A stretch of 64,000 bases of DNA from Octopus sinensis. Taxonomy: Eukaryota. Location of the stretch: NCBI RefSeq assembly GCF_006345805.1, contig NC_043008.1, positions 24,366,001-24,430,000 on the forward strand, in the 5' to 3' direction. The notes beneath the pieces were generated by a model. The model was not told the DNA's origin. It searched no databases and saw only the letters and a list, made by a program, of their open reading frames with translations. Positions 13,795 through 28,476 of this stretch are shown in pieces. Made by a program: the position numbers and the translations under genes. The stretch's first letter is position 1. Each line of letters opens with the position of its first letter.

Positions 13795-14420
13795 CACGAC
13801 GGTATGTGAACAGTCAAGCTTTATGTTTGAACATAGATCTTCTTGCCGTGCACACAGGGTTGCAAAGCTTGAATCCCATTGGTGAAGAAAGTTTCATCCT
13901 GTTGGTCAAACAATTCATCAGCAGGTGACATGATGTCATCATCTCCGCAATACTGTTTACCACCGAAGCGTTTTTTGTTTCTTTTTTCAGGTTGCAGACT
14001 AGATGACAGTTAGAGGAGGACAAAGTAGGAGCATAGGGTGGGCAATCAACAAGTTCAAAGCCATAGTCACTCACATCAGCCACTGAAAACAAGGACCTGT
14101 GTGGTGGGGCATTGTCCTGACGAAGCAAGACTCCTGTCAGTTTTCCCAGGCGTTTGCTCTTAATAGTCTTTCTTAAGTGCCTCAGTAGTTTGGTATAGTA
14201 CTTCCCATTGATAGTGTGACCCTTTTGAGGAAAGTAAAAAAAAAACAATGCCTTTTGCATAGCAAAAAATCTGAGGCTATCACCTCCCCTGCAGATGAAC
14301 CAACCTCGGTTTTCTTTGGACCAAGCGAAGAGGGGATGTTACTGTTGCATGAATTGACCCTTTGTCTTTGGTTCAAAATTTTGTGTAAAGATATCTGTAG
14401 CACTATGGAACTTATAATGG
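13795..14420 (-). mobile_element. Degenerate irritans-like mariner 3' fragment
   Basis: GHTINGKYYTKLLRHLRK..LLRQDNAPPH..FELVDCPPYAPTLSSSN. Confidence 0.85.
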
Positions 14421-14456
14421 ACCAAAAGAAGACAAACAAATACAGACACACACACA

Positions 14457-14528
<72 letters not shown>

Positions 14529-15231
14529 GAGCATATATATAGACTTAGCTACACAGAGGTAGCGTTTAGTCATATTCTCTATAATATTCTGAGCTTTGTC
14601 CATACAATAAAAATAAGTGCACCGATATCTGTGGGCCGAGGGCATTGTTTTAGCAAGTAATAATGAGGAAATATTACGATATTACATATTAATAAATGCG
14701 AATCGAGACAGAGTAAAAATCTTTATGACAGAACCGATAGTGCAACGGGTATGCCTGGTTGTATTCTGGTTACTTTCAGAAAAATTGATTTTGCCCTTTG
14801 TTGTCGCTTAACCTCAAAATCGATAAAGTATGCTGTTGTAAAGGAATGAAACCTTCAATTTTCTATCTTTCTTATCATATTATAAAATATGATTATCACC
14901 ATACTTATTAATGAGGGAGAACAGCTCAGTACGTAGTTTCTTTCAGAAAGGTATCAGTACATATTGGACATACTCCCTAGAATTGTTTCAAGGCTCAAAA
15001 ATTTTCTATGAAATTGTACTAATGGTATTATTATTCTCAAGAAAGTTTGTATATCTCTACTTACATGTAGTCTAACAATGTCATTACAGAAATGGTTACG
15101 TTGCAGTCCAGTTATAGCAATCACAAATTGAAAGCTTACATTGTGCAAGTGCCATAATAATTTTGATCAGAGCAAGATCAGTGAAGTCCATTTAGCGTTT
15201 CCACATTCTTCTTTGTAATATTTATTTAGGA

Positions 15232-15648
15232 TAAAGTAGCAAACTGGCAAAATCGTTAGAATGCTGGGTAAAATGCTTAGCGGCATTTCGTCCTGAGTTC
15301 AAAGTCCGGCGATGTCGACTTTGCCATATACCTTTCGGGGTCGATAAAATAAGTTCAGCATTCGAGTCGATGTGATCGACTTAACCTCTACCTACAAATT
15401 GCTAGTATTGTGCCAAAATTTGAAGCCAATAGCTATTCAGGATAAGGTGGCGAGCTCGCAGAATATTAACACCCAGGGCAAAATGCATAGAGGCATGTCG
15501 CCTGTTTTTGTCTTGAGTTCAAATTCCTTTAATAGTTGTGGTGTTAGTGTTTGTGTCGATAAAGTAACAGTTGAACATTTGGATAAATGTAATCGACTTA
15601 TTCCCTCCTCCGAAATTGCTGGCCTTTTACCAAAGATTTGGTACCAAT
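15232..15648 (+). mobile_element. Two tandem SINE family B copies (tRNA-derived, Meta-like domain)
   Basis: ggcgagct..agaa..aaatgcttagcggcatttcgtc..gagttcaaa..gtcgactttgcc..cctttcggggtcgataaaataag..ccttgtgccaaaatttgaa. Confidence 0.75.
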
Positions 15649-16866
15649 ATTTATTTAGGATGGATATTTAGATAATTAGAACAAGATTGTAATTTTTCCG
15701 GTATCTTAGTATTTTCGCATTGCTATTGTCTAAAAAGGAAGCGTCAGTAGCAAATCCAGCATCAATAGAGCCAGGAACATTACCAGCATCAGCAAGTAAT
15801 ATAGCTTCAACGTAAATCAAGGCAGGAGGAAGAGAAGCACCATATATGTTAGAAACAATAACAAAACATGCAGCTCTATCAATGTTTCCAAGAACAGCTT
15901 TGCCATTATATGAAACACAGCATATAAGGAAAATCACCAGCAATAATATCAATAAAAATGCCAACACAAACAATAACAGCATAGTAAATTCAGCCATTAT
16001 TTATAGCTTCAATAATACAAAATAAAATCCCAAACAGATGCGACATTAAAAGACAACAACGATGCAATTACCAAGAGCAAACGTACAAAGAGCAAAAAGA
16101 ACAGAAATAATATTTTTAATATATAAGACAGCAATAACAACACGAAAGCCACCTCCCACAAAATATATATCCTCAATGGTAATGATGTGATGCATAGCAG
16201 TAGCAGCAGCAGCAGCAATCAGAGAGCAACAATCAGACTATCCGAGATATATAAGTCTTTTCTTCCAATATCCTACTATAATTCGGAAAAATTTAATGGG
16301 AATGCTTTTCTGCTAAAGAATTTCCTCGAAAATAATAAATTGATTAACTTGATAAATAAATTGATAAAAAGCAAAAAGAAAACAGAAATGAATAAAAAAG
16401 CAAAAAGAAGAAAGAAAGAAAATAGTAAGGAAATAAAAATAAAATTGTTTCAAGAGAAAGGAAATGTTTTAAAATGAATGTTGAAACAGATATTATGCTT
16501 GGAAACAAAGTACTAAAAACCAAGAACAAAAGAATAGAAGAATATCGATCAAATAAAGGAATTTGTTTAAAAAAACAGTATGAAATGAAAACAGAAAAAC
16601 TGAAAAATAACTGCAGGGTGTAAAATACAAAAAAAAGAGAAAAAACAGAAGCTTCCTTCTTTTTCGCTACATACCCATGTCCACACAATATGTAAACACT
16701 CACACGCGGGTGGGCACACGCACGCACGCGTACACACACATGCAGGTACTTATAGCCAAACTTACAAACCTGAGATATATACGCACGCACATTTACACAC
16801 ATCCATACAAATTCGAATTCACACATGTATGTATGTATATGTGCGTGTATATATAAATATATGTGA

Positions 16867-16962
<96 letters not shown>

Positions 16963-17124
16963 TATATCTACATATACATCTGTCTCTGTGTCTGTCTGTC
17001 TGTCTGTCTCTCTCTGTATATATATATATATAATATATATATATATATGTAATATTTCACAATTCATCAAATAAGAGGTAACACGAATCTTGGAAATTAT
17101 ATATGTATAATGTAGGCATTATTT

Positions 17125-17524
17125 TATTCTTATATTTGTTTCAGTTATTTGACTGCGGCCATGTTGGAGACAGTCTTTAGTCGAACATATTCACCCCAGG
17201 ACTTATTTTTTGTAAGTCGAGTACTTATTCTATCGCTCTCTTGCCGAACAAGGACGTAAACACACCAGCATCGGCTGTGAAGCGATTGTAGGGGTGACAA
17301 ATATAAGCATAGAAACATAACCACACACACACACACACAGACGCGCACACACACATACACACACACACACATATATGTATATATTTATATATATGCGACA
17401 GGCTTCTTTAAGTTTCCGTCTATCAAATCCACTCACAAGGTGCCAAGGTACCACGCTGTTGTACTGAACCTGGCAGTATGTAGTTGTTAAGCAAGTTATT
17501 TACCACACAGCCACTCCTGCGCCC
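17125..17524 (-). mobile_element. SINE family A
   Basis: Reverse complement of the family A head (ggcgcaggagtggctgtgtggtaa) through to the tail. Confidence 0.8.
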
Positions 17525-17549
17525 ATATATACTGTATATATATATATAT

Positions 17550-17668
17550 ATCACGTGATAACGTGACCAACCAAACCATCAGATGTTGTTACACATCGCT
17601 GGTCACAATGCGTTTGCATTGTTTTAGCCTTCGAATGACGCCACCCCGCTGGCTAAGCGTGCAGGCCA
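17550..17668 (-). mobile_element. SINE family C 3' fragment
   Basis: Reverse complement of the 44770-44900 tail (ggcgtcattcgaaggctaaaac..tgaccagcgatg..aacatctgatgg..tcacgtgata). Confidence 0.8.
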
Positions 17669-17682
17669 TATATATATATATA

Positions 17683-17771
<89 letters not shown>

Positions 17772-18055
17772 CTATCCATACATGCATACGTACACACATA
17801 CACGCAGACATAGATTATTAGATACTCCCATACATACACTCACACACATATATAAATTAACACATATATACATATGCATATATATGCATATGTTATTCAC
17901 ATTCATGTGTGTTGAAAAATTTTCTTTAAATCAGAATATATTAACTCTCTGTATGTATGTTTGCATCCGCTTACAGCTAAAAATCTGTGCTAGGTTAACA
18001 TTATGATACACACACATACATACACATTCATATATATATATATATAATATATATA

Positions 18056-18163
<108 letters not shown>

Positions 18164-18696
18164 TAGGTGTGCGCGCTTGTCTGTGCATGTGACTATGAAT
18201 ATATGAATGTTTATATATATATATATATATATATATCTATATATATTCCTAAATATACTCATATATATACATACTAAACAAAGGAAAGAAATATTTGTTG
18301 AATGATATATAAACAATTGTATTGATTACAAGTTACACAATCAATATACATATATACAAGCTACGTTCTTGTCTCCTCTCTCGCGTTCCCCGACCTATTC
18401 AATCACATACACATTAACGCAATCGTGAGTAATCGTGAATACATATGTCAGTATGTAAATTTATGTAAACAAGCATAAAAAGATAATGGCAAGATTTTCA
18501 CTTACTCAAAACAAATGCATAGATCCATATTTATTGTTATACGAGAAAAGATGCGTTTACAGGAATGTGTATTTATATCACCGTATATCAATATAGCGCG
18601 GAAAGCCAACCATTCTCATATTTGAATATATTATAAAAACGTTTAAGCGGCATCTTTACACAACTAACTCCAAAACCGTTGTGTGTGTGAGCGCGC

Positions 18697-18761
<65 letters not shown>

Positions 18762-19291
18762 ATGTATATATATATACATATATATATGTGCGTGTGTGTG
18801 TGTGTCTCTCTCTCTCTATATATATATACATATATATAAGTACACGCTCAAGCGTATATACACACTAATAACACGATTGTATTACGACAAATCATAAAAC
18901 ATTATCTTTGTAAACTATATCCAGGTTTTCAATTCAAGTTAATCAGGTATTTGTATAATCAACGTGAGAATTTTCTTTAATTTCCTTCAGATGTGTAATG
19001 TATAAAATGTATAAATTTTTTCATTTGAATTAAAAAATGTATTAAGAATATTTGTCTGTATAAAGTCCTGGACATATGCAGAGGTTAACATACATTTTCT
19101 CTGCAACGACATCGATAAAATGGTATCGTTATTGTTATTGGTATTGTTACATAGCACTATCCCAGCTCCAGCTGACCAAACCATTGATATTTTATCAATG
19201 ACCATCCAATTTGACTACATGACAGACTTCATACCCCTAAATAACATTTAAAATTTAAACCTGTTGTGTTCTCAGGTGGATTGCTTTCTAT

Positions 19292-19361
19292 TTGTAGCAA
19301 GTTGAGGTCCGTCTTTATATAATAATTGTAGCAAGTTGAGGTCCGTCTTTATATAATAATT
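19292..19361. repeat. Perfect 34-bp tandem duplication
   Basis: ttgtagcaagttgaggtccgtctttatataataa x2. Confidence 0.95.
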
Positions 19362-19734
19362 TATATCTTTCAGCTATTTATTCTGTATGTCGATGTATTC
19401 TTTTATTGTAGAAATAGCATATATGTAATGTTACTGCGACGCACTTAAACTCACTTCTGGCTTATATGCACTTCATGACAACTCCTCTCAAATAATCTGC
19501 CTTCTTTCTGGAAAAGCTAAAACTGAGACGAATAAAAGCTTATACACATATATAATAAATAGAGAATTAGGAAATATTTCAACTCAAAATCTGGAAACGA
19601 GTAGAATCGATAATGTTTATTGGGAAATTAACACTTATAATTTTTCGTAAACTAGATTTCGATTCTTTAAATAAAAGTAATTCCGGCTCTGATAATACAG
19701 TTAACATCAAGTTTTTAAATTAGTTATTATAACA

Positions 19735-20175
19735 ATGGTTTCAACGGGCAGCATTTCGAGGGGAGGTGATGAGTTGATTACATCGACCCAAGTGCTTAAC
19801 TGGTACTTATTTTATCGACCTCGAATAGATAAAAGGTAAAGTCAACCTTGGTGGAATTTCATCTCAGAACGTAGCGACGGGCAAAATACCACTAAGCATT
19901 TCATCCGGCGCGCTAACGATTCTGCCAGCTTTACGCCGTATTCATAATAATAATTATTATTTCTACTCTCGGCACAAGGCCTTGAAAAGTTTGGGGAAAG
20001 GAGGCTAGTCGATTATATCGACCCAAGTGCGTAACTGGTACTTATTTCTTCGACCCCGAAAGGATGAAAAGCAAAGTCGATCTCGGCGGGATTTGAACTG
20101 AGAATGTAGCTGCAGACGAAAAACTGCCAAGCATTTCACCCAGCGCGCTAACGATTCTGCCAGCTTTATGCCGTA
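19735..20175 (-). mobile_element. Two tandem SINE family B copies
   Basis: Reverse complement of the family B blocks twice, separated by (AAT)n. Confidence 0.8.
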
Positions 20176-20264
20176 TTAATAATAATAATAATAACCCCGC
20201 CTTAACATCTCATTCTGAAAGGAGGCCTGATAAGAATTCTTTTAATCTTGAGTACTAAATACAA

Positions 20265-20675
20265 GTGAATAAATGTCTGTGTAATTGTAAAAACAAACTT
20301 GTATGCCCTTTAGAAAATCAATTTCTAAGGAAAAATATAGTCTGTCAGCGCAAGGTAATAACAGTGCGTCATAAGTATTATAACATGGTTCATCTATTAC
20401 AATTTGAAGATTTAGATTTCATAATGATTCTCATTCATTTATATCCAGAAGAAAAAAGTAATTCTACAAATTTTAGCAAATGTATTTACGATTTAAAAGA
20501 TAGGAATATTAAGTATGATTTAAAGTGGTCCATTATTAGTTACGCACAATCGTGCAATATTAGTGATTTTTGCCTTGAAGAAATGTATTATATAATTACT
20601 TCTACTATTAAATTTATTAAATTTCAATGGAAATTTTACAAACAAATTTTGTCACAAATTTCGGAAGACATTTGA
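20265..20675 (+). pseudogene. Degenerate PLE GIY-YIG endonuclease region
   Basis: CNCKNKLVCPLEN..NIV..STNFSKCIYDLKD..KWSII..FCLEE is paralogous to 22639-23215. Confidence 0.75.
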
Positions 20676-21331
20676 ATATTTCAGTGCTTAATTATAATTG
20701 CTTTTGATATGTAATATAATAAGCGTAATTTTTCCAAATAAATTTTTGCTATTCAAGATATAAATAACTAATTGTCGTAACGTAGGATTCTTATGTTTAT
20801 TTTTTATTTTTTCGTTATGAATTGACGGCACCAAGAGAGGGATACAAAAAACGCTTTTCTTAGACTATGTTTCTTCTTAACGTTCTTTTTGTATGCATTT
20901 GTGTACAGGAGATATTTCCTGAGTTTACTTTCATTTTGGATCACCTTGAAAACTTCGTGTTAGCACGTATTTTCGGATATATTAATTTCAATGATACTTT
21001 CTACAACTAGATATATTTATACAACATAAACAATGGTTGGCTTTGTATGGTGAATTCTCCAATTAAGATGTCATATTCTTCTCTATCTGTATTTTTGTTG
21101 TGAAATACACCGAGTTACTCGAAATTCTTCTAAATGATGTTTGGATCAACTTAGCAAATCTAATGATTTACCTTCGACGTATATTCTACTGGCATTTATT
21201 GGTGTCTAATTGTTCAATATGGATAAACAATTTCGTTTAGAAATGAGTGCTTTATTGACATCTGTCTGAGATTTTTCTACCGATATATATATATGTGTGT
21301 GTGTGTATGTTTATTTATAAGTATATATATA

Positions 21332-21364
<33 letters not shown>

Positions 21365-21392
21365 CTTTTTTTTAAAGCAGCAGAAATATAAC

Positions 21393-21439
21393 AAAAGCTG
21401 TTACTCAGAGTTTCACGTTCCCGTTCGTCGGACAGTTTT
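21393..21439 (-). ncRNA. Type-I hammerhead ribozyme (U4C core variant)
   Basis: Minus strand: ctgt-CCGACGA-ACG ggaa CGT-GAAA-CTCTGAG-TA-acag; stems I-III all pair. Confidence 0.75.
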
Positions 21440-22638
21440 GTTAAAAAAGAACAGAAATAACGATATGATCAAAACTAGTAAAAGGCTATGCCTTTAACCA
21501 TGGATTTGTTTTATGAGTCCTTTCAATTAACGATCTTAAGCATGCAATGAACAAAATAAACAAAATAAATGAATTCAATATAAATTCATTCTATTATAAA
21601 AATCGAGGTAAACCTTAAATCGAAAAGCGGATTCAAAATACATATTGCAATATATATCAAAATACACAGATAGATGTACACAGACTACAAACATATACAA
21701 ACGAAAATATACACACAAATACATACACATATACATATTTATTCATATGTACGCAATCATGCTCGCATGCAGAGATCACTTGGTGTATACATATAGACGA
21801 GAAGTAAATTTTAAAACGCAGAGTGGGGGAAAGATAAAGGAAAGGATGGATCTTAGATGTAACGGTTAGTGAGAGAAAGAGGTGAGTGAGGAGGGGAGAG
21901 GAACGCAAAGTTAAAGGACTCTATATCAGTAACGAATAGGGGAGAAAAATACTTTCCGCAAGGAAAGGAAAAGATGGAAGAAAGAAAGATAGGAGGCTGA
22001 GTATGTGTAACGAATGTACACAAAATAAAATTACGTATACAAGTGTGTACAAATGTGTATATTGGCATAAATACTCATATAAGATCACATATATCAATAT
22101 ATGGAAATATGTACGTAAATACACATCCACACAAATATAAGTGATTACATGCATACACATACATCCATGTATGTATGTGCACAAGTATAAACATACACGC
22201 TTGCTTACCTAAACGCATACATACGAATACATATGCATGCCAACAATACAAACATCCACTTAAAAACGTATCTAGGTCCTGACGTGTTTATATACAAACA
22301 ATATTTAAAAAATTGCTGAGTGCATAATAATAAAATTCGGATAAAAGACATGCAAAATAGAACACCCTATATCATATAACCTAAAAATTAAACGATTAAA
22401 ATGGATTTATAAAATACAATAAAATGAAATAAAATAAAATAAAAGTAGAATCTGAAACAAGAAAATAATAATTGCATAAAACCGTCGAAGGTTTTTCCTA
22501 AGAAGTATGTCGAAATAACTTTGCGATGCGAAATAAGTTATATATTATAAGAAACAAATCCAACAGTGTGATTAAAAACTAGTCCAAAAATCAAAACAAT
22601 ATGTACACTATCCATATGGTATATTGTTAGCTGACATT

Positions 22639-23210
22639 TTAAAATTTAGTTGCGTGTCTGCAGGACTTCAAGAGTTCGCGTCTTTGATTTAAAGAGTTAT
22701 TGTCCTGGAATAAAGTAAAATATTTTTCCAGCAGGCATAAAGTACATTTGATGGGTATTTCGTGTGCACCGTGCCTGTAAGGTGCAACTCTATCTAAAAT
22801 ACTCACTGTCACGTTGAAAAGTCGGGTTTCTTTTTCTTTTACTTCCCAGACATATTTTGCCAGGCTTGTCTTCGTCTTATTTTCGGGGTATCTGAAAGAA
22901 TTTTTATGCGAACAAAATCGGGTTTTAAAAGAATTTTCAGAAGCCCCTGTATAAGTTCTATATGCGCGTGAGCCTTCTAAATGCACCTTGGCTCTATACA
23001 CGATTCCTTTCTCCAGACATTTTCCTTCCAAAGGACAGGAGGTCCGATCTTTGCAATTGCAATTTTTAAGAAGAGAATCGGCGCTATGATTATTAGCAAT
23101 TATCCTACTGTTGTGTTGGTTAATAAAAGAGGCGAAGTTTCTGCAGTAAGAATAGCTGATCTTAAGCGATCTTCTATTAAATATTCTATAAAACTTATGG
23201 TCAGATGTGG

Positions 23211-23215
<5 letters not shown>
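22639..23215 (-). mobile_element. PLE 3' fragment with an open GIY-YIG endonuclease frame, 5'-truncated at (TA)n
   Basis: KISYS..CNCKDRTSCPLEGKCLEKGIVYRAKV..YTGASENSFKTRFCSHKNSF..TSLAKYVW..CTLCLLEK..LNQRRELLKSCRH. Confidence 0.9.
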
Positions 23216-23271
<56 letters not shown>

Positions 23272-23477
23272 TATTCTTTTAATTGTTTCAGTCATTTGAC
23301 TGCAGCCATGCTGGACCACCGCCTTGAAGGGTTTCAGTCGACCAAATCGACCCCAGGACATATTTCTTAACCCTAGTACTTATACTATCAAACCGCTAGG
23401 TTACGCTGACATAAACTCAGCAAAAGCGGTTGTCAAGCTGTGATGGTGGACATACACAAAGACACACACACACACAC

Positions 23478-23510
<33 letters not shown>
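23272..23510 (-). mobile_element. SINE family A 3' half
   Basis: gtttcagtcatttgactgcagccatgctggaccaccgcc..ggttgtcaagc matches the reverse complement of the family A tail. Confidence 0.75.
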
Positions 23511-23511
<1 letters not shown>

Positions 23512-24219
23512 CATATAATTTCATGAAAGTTAGAGGTTGTGAATCCAACCAACTAAGGGGTAATATCTATCTAATAGACTGCTGGTAGAATACCTAGTCA
23601 TTAATACACAAGTGTTTTTTTATTGCATTGCAATTACATCGAGTGTACTAAATGGGTGAGGGTAAAGAGTTATTTTACGATTAATTTATAGAGCAATAAG
23701 AAAATGGAGGGGATCAATAAGTGGTATTCATCAACTTTTAGACATTATATTACGTCAATTTATTTATTTATTTACTAAAATGACAATTACAACAATATAC
23801 ATATAGTATAACATATTATGCTTTACATATATAATATATAAAGATACCAGTAATTATTAAAATATATAACGTACAGGAATAGAAATTGGGAAAATATCTT
23901 ACAGCTGTTTCAGATTAAGTTATAAATGTAAATACACACACATATACATAATTATACATATACATACACATACCTGAATATTACATAAATATATATACGT
24001 ACACTTAAATGTACATACATATTTGCATGTATATGCATACACAAGATTCAACTATTATTATTATTATTAGATGCATATATTATTCATATATTAGATAAAA
24101 TATAAACAGAGGTATGAGAAAGTTATAAGAGGAGTAATATTATAATTTATAAAATCAATATATCTTAAAGTTAATTTAGGTATGTAAGAGGGAAACTGCA
24201 TATACATGAGGGACACACA

Positions 24220-24250
<31 letters not shown>

Positions 24251-24638
24251 TACACAAACATATATATTTACGTTCAAGCATACTCATAGGTACATACGTA
24301 TTACATGTGTTTAGAAGGGTGGATAAGTGCAGTAGTTTGTATCATTATAATTATACAATATAATTATAACAATAATACACAAACTTATATATATATTCAT
24401 ATAAACGTGATATGTTTATTTCTCCGTTATTTTGTTTCCTTATGCAGTAGTTGAAATCTTGCAGGAAGTGGGGAGAGGTTATTTATGCTCAATTTCGTAA
24501 TCTAATTGGTCATCAATTGTTTTGAATGACTTTGCCTCAGTTATGGTTGGTTAATTGATAACCAATGATGAATACCACCTATTCATCCCCTCCATATTCT
24601 TATTGCTCTATACACACACATACGCACGCACACACACA

Positions 24639-24694
<56 letters not shown>

Positions 24695-24697
24695 CAA

Positions 24698-24832
24698 TGG
24701 GCTTCTTTCGGTTTCCGTCTACCAAATCCACTCACAAGGCTTTGGTCGGCTCGAGACTAAAGTAGGTCTCACGCAGTGGGACTGAACCTGGAACCATGCA
24801 GTTGGGAAACAAGTTTTGTACCACACAGCCAC
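24698..24832 (-). mobile_element. SINE family A 5' half
   Basis: gtttccgtctaccaaatccactcacaaggctttggtcggc..accacacagccac. Confidence 0.75.
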
Positions 24833-24862
24833 GTGTATGTATGTATGTATGTATGTATGTAT

Positions 24863-27800
24863 GTTAGTTAGTTAATTTTTTGCTCAAAAAGCAAAAAGCA
24901 AGGCCATGTAGGGTACATGGAGTTATGTACAGGGTGGTGCTCATGTAAAGAGTTCAGGCCACTTGAGGTCAAGGGAGACTTTGAACAAAGCGGTCGTCGG
25001 CATCTTCACCATCTCGTCTGGCAGCTTGTTCCACGGATCCGCAACCCGGACGGAGAAAGCCCCTCTCCTTCGATTGAGATGAAATCGTCGCAGATAGAGC
25101 TTTTCGGAATGACCCCGCAGCCGACGCTCTGGAGCAGGAGTGAAGAACAGCTCTTTCGAGAGGTTACACTTTCCGCTTATGATGTTGTGAGCGAGAATGA
25201 GATCACCAGGGCGGCGGCGTTTTTCTAGAGAATAAAGGTCGAGCGTCTTCAGTCTTTCTTCATAAGACAAATTCTTGAGACCATGAACCATGCGGGTAGC
25301 CAGCTTCTGGACTCTTTCGAGATGCTGTATGTCTTTGAGGAGATAAGGAGAAGAGGCTTGAATCCCATACTCCAATATGGGTCTCACCAGCGTGACATAG
25401 AGCCGTAGGAATATGGCTGCTGTGAGCATTCCGAATGACCGTCGAATCAAGAACAGAATTCCGCGTGCTTTGTTGGCAGCATGGACGCACTGGGCCGAAG
25501 GCGAAAATGAGGAATCCACCAAGATACCCAGGTCCTTTACCTGATCGGTCCTCTCCAGCAGCAGACGACCCGGCTCGAAAACAAGTTGAGTTGCAGGAGG
25601 AGAGCCAACAGGCAGATGACAGCACTTTGACAAGTTCAGACACAGGTCCCATTCGTTAGACCACCTTCAAATTTGGTGGAGGCATCGACGAAGATCCTCT
25701 ATATCACCGCGAGGAGCGAGCAGTTTGACATCGTCGGCAAATAGAAGGGTGTGTTGCGCGAGGTCGTCGGGCAAGTCATTTATGAAGACTAAGAACAATA
25801 AGGGCCCAAGCATTGAACCTTGAGGTACGCCACTGCTCGCACTGGAGACGTCGGACCGCGAACCATTAACTTGGACTTGGAAGGAGCGATCTGAGAGGAA
25901 GGCACCAACCCATCGTACAATATCCGGGTGGAAACTATATGCTTGAATCTTGACAAGTAATAGGCGGTGGTTTACCGAGTCAAAAGCTTTGGCAAAGTCC
26001 AATAAAACGATGTCAACAGCATCACTATCATCGAGGATGCGCGTCATCAATTCTTCCATTACCAGTAAGTTGGTCAAGCATGATCTCTTCAGCACGAAGC
26101 CGTGTTGTGAATCAGAGATAGAGGCTGTGTTTAGGAGGTGGATCATCATACTCTTTTTAAGGATGGTTTCGAACATCTTGCTGATTATTGAAGTAAGGGA
26201 AACCGGTCGGTAGATAAGCGGGTCTTCGCGGCTCCCTTTCTTGAAAATTGGGCAGATTATCGCTGTTCTCCAGGCCGCAGGTATAACACCCGTCGCCAAT
26301 GACATATTGAATAGACGTGTTAAGGGCTCGCAGATGACTGGAGCCAACGCTTTGATAACCCGTGGGTGTATGCCGTCAGGGCTGTGAGCCTTGTTGACAT
26401 CGAGGCCTTGAATAACGTGTTTGACTTCGTCCCACGTGATGACCAGTCGAAGCATTGGAGGTACCGATCTATCAAATGGAGGGGGTTCACGACCGTCATC
26501 TTGTTTGAAAATAGTTGAAAAAGCCTCGGCAAATAATTGACTCTATTGATAAGGGTCCTCAATCGATACGCCGGTTGAGTCTACCAACGTTGCAATTTGG
26601 TTGTTCAAGCGGGAATTCCGTTGGACATGGGCAAAGAAGGGTTTTGGATTGCTACTGGCGTTTGCTGCGATTTTGTATTCATATCTGAAGCGTTCTTCCT
26701 TTTCAATTTTCACGGTTCGGTCTCGTTGAGTTTTGTACACCTCAAAAGCTGCAGTCGAATCCAGATTTTTGAATTCAGCTCAAGCAATATCTCTGAGTCG
26801 AGGTTCTCGTTTACCCTTCTTCGTCACCCAGGGCTTGTGTTTCTTCTTCTTGGGAAGCCCAACGGGAACTGCCTGGTCAGTCAACCAGATTACATATGCT
26901 TTGAGGGATGACCATAGTTCGTCAACTGAGGACAACGTCATCAGGTATCGTCAGTCCAGAAGCGCGGAAGCCTCGGTTACAATTTCAAGATTAATTGCAG
27001 AGAAGACTCTACGTGGCTGCGAAGTAGTCGTGGGCGTAGAAAAAGTTGTGTGCATGACGAACTTCAGGACCGCATGATCACTCTTGACAAGAGAGGCGCA
27101 CACAGATACGTCAGACACTGATCTTGGATAGCGGGAGAATACCAGATCCAGCATAGATGGCTGCTGCTCAGACCGATGCCTTGTCGGATATTCAACATGT
27201 TGCGATAGGAAACAATCTTCAGCCACGTCAAGAAGGGCCTGGCCGAACCGGGAAGATGATGTACAAATTGATGCGGGCCAATCGATCGTGGGAGCGTTGA
27301 AGTCTCCTAATATCAAACAGTCATGAGAAGCTGAAACGAATCTTATCGCTTCGAGTAAGTGAGCATCGTCCTGGGGGTCGGCAAGAGGCGGCCTGTAGAC
27401 AGCTCACACGGACAGGCAAAACTCGGATAGGCGCAGCTTGCAATAGACGGCATCGAATTTTGTTGTAGGTTGAGCATTAGTGGGTAGAATACCGCTGGAC
27501 GGTTTGAGATCAGATTTAACATACACAGCAACACCTCCACCTCGCCTTTTTTCTCTGTCACATCTGAAGAGGGCGTAGCCCTGTAGGTGGATTTCTGAGT
27601 CCTTTACTGCTGGAGTCAGCCAAGTCTCGGTGATAGCTATCACATCAGGGGAGTCACGCATGGCCAGTGTAAATAGTTCGCTGAACTTTGGAAATAAGGA
27701 GCACGAGTTGGTATAGACGATGCTGAGCTGTGAAGTTTGAGTGGCGGGAGTTGGGGAACAAGCAGAATAAGGGGTATCAGAAATAGCATCGTTGACGGGG

Positions 27801-28230
27801 GCATCTACTTTGCTTCGATTTGCCCTCAATTCACTCTCCCTGTCAGCACTACAGCATGCGACCAGAGGTAGGACTTGATTATTTTTCCATCTTGGATGCG
27901 TAAACCCTTCTCTCCCATCCGTTTTCTCATCTTCAGTTCGGATATTAGGTTTCTCCGACGAATTCTCTCTCTCAGTGAGTATTCCTCGCGAAAACCCATA
28001 TTGGGGTCCTCCCAGGCATGCGTCTGAGCTCTGTTCAGAAAGGTTGAAGCCTCCTGATCGGAAGAAAAGATTACTCTTATTGGGCGTGGTCTAGTGTCTG
28101 AGGTTGAGTTCGCTTGGAATCTTCCTAGCCAAGCGACCTTATGGATACTGACATTTTCGTTGACAGAGAACAATTCTCCAACTAAAACGGAAACAAAATT
28201 TATGACTTCTTTTAGGCGGTTTATGCGAAA
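24863..28230 (-). mobile_element. CR1-clade LINE: ORF1 C-terminus plus complete but disrupted ORF2 (APE + RT), with (AACT)n tail
   Basis: ORF1 RPRPIRV..RER..ELKMR..GE; APE YTN, ITETWL, RGGGV, GDFN, LDL, SDH; RT QHGF, DFAKAFDSV, GVPQGSMLGPLLF, FADD; CR1-type C-terminus LERVQKLATRMV..SYEERL. ORF2 is split into about 5 pieces. Confidence 0.93.
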
Positions 28231-28476
28231 AATAAAATATTGCAATAGAAGTGTATTACTTTCCAGTAAAATAAAGCACCGTAAAGGTAGAAGTATAAAT
28301 ATAGAGTAGTGGTACAAGGCACCAATGTTTACCGGAAATAGCAGTTGATACATTTACGACGCTATAGTAAAGCTTCACTGTGTATATACTGGCAAAGACG
28401 TGTGAGAGCAGTAAACATAAAAAATTGTCTTACCTGTAGGAAGAGCATTATATAAATGGACAACCCAGAATCGGAT

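Noticed and set aside
15668-16480. Hydrophobic, membrane-protein-looking ORFs on the minus strand
   Set aside because: They are the reverse of a degenerate (CAA/CAG/AAT)n low-complexity tract and show no recognisable domain.
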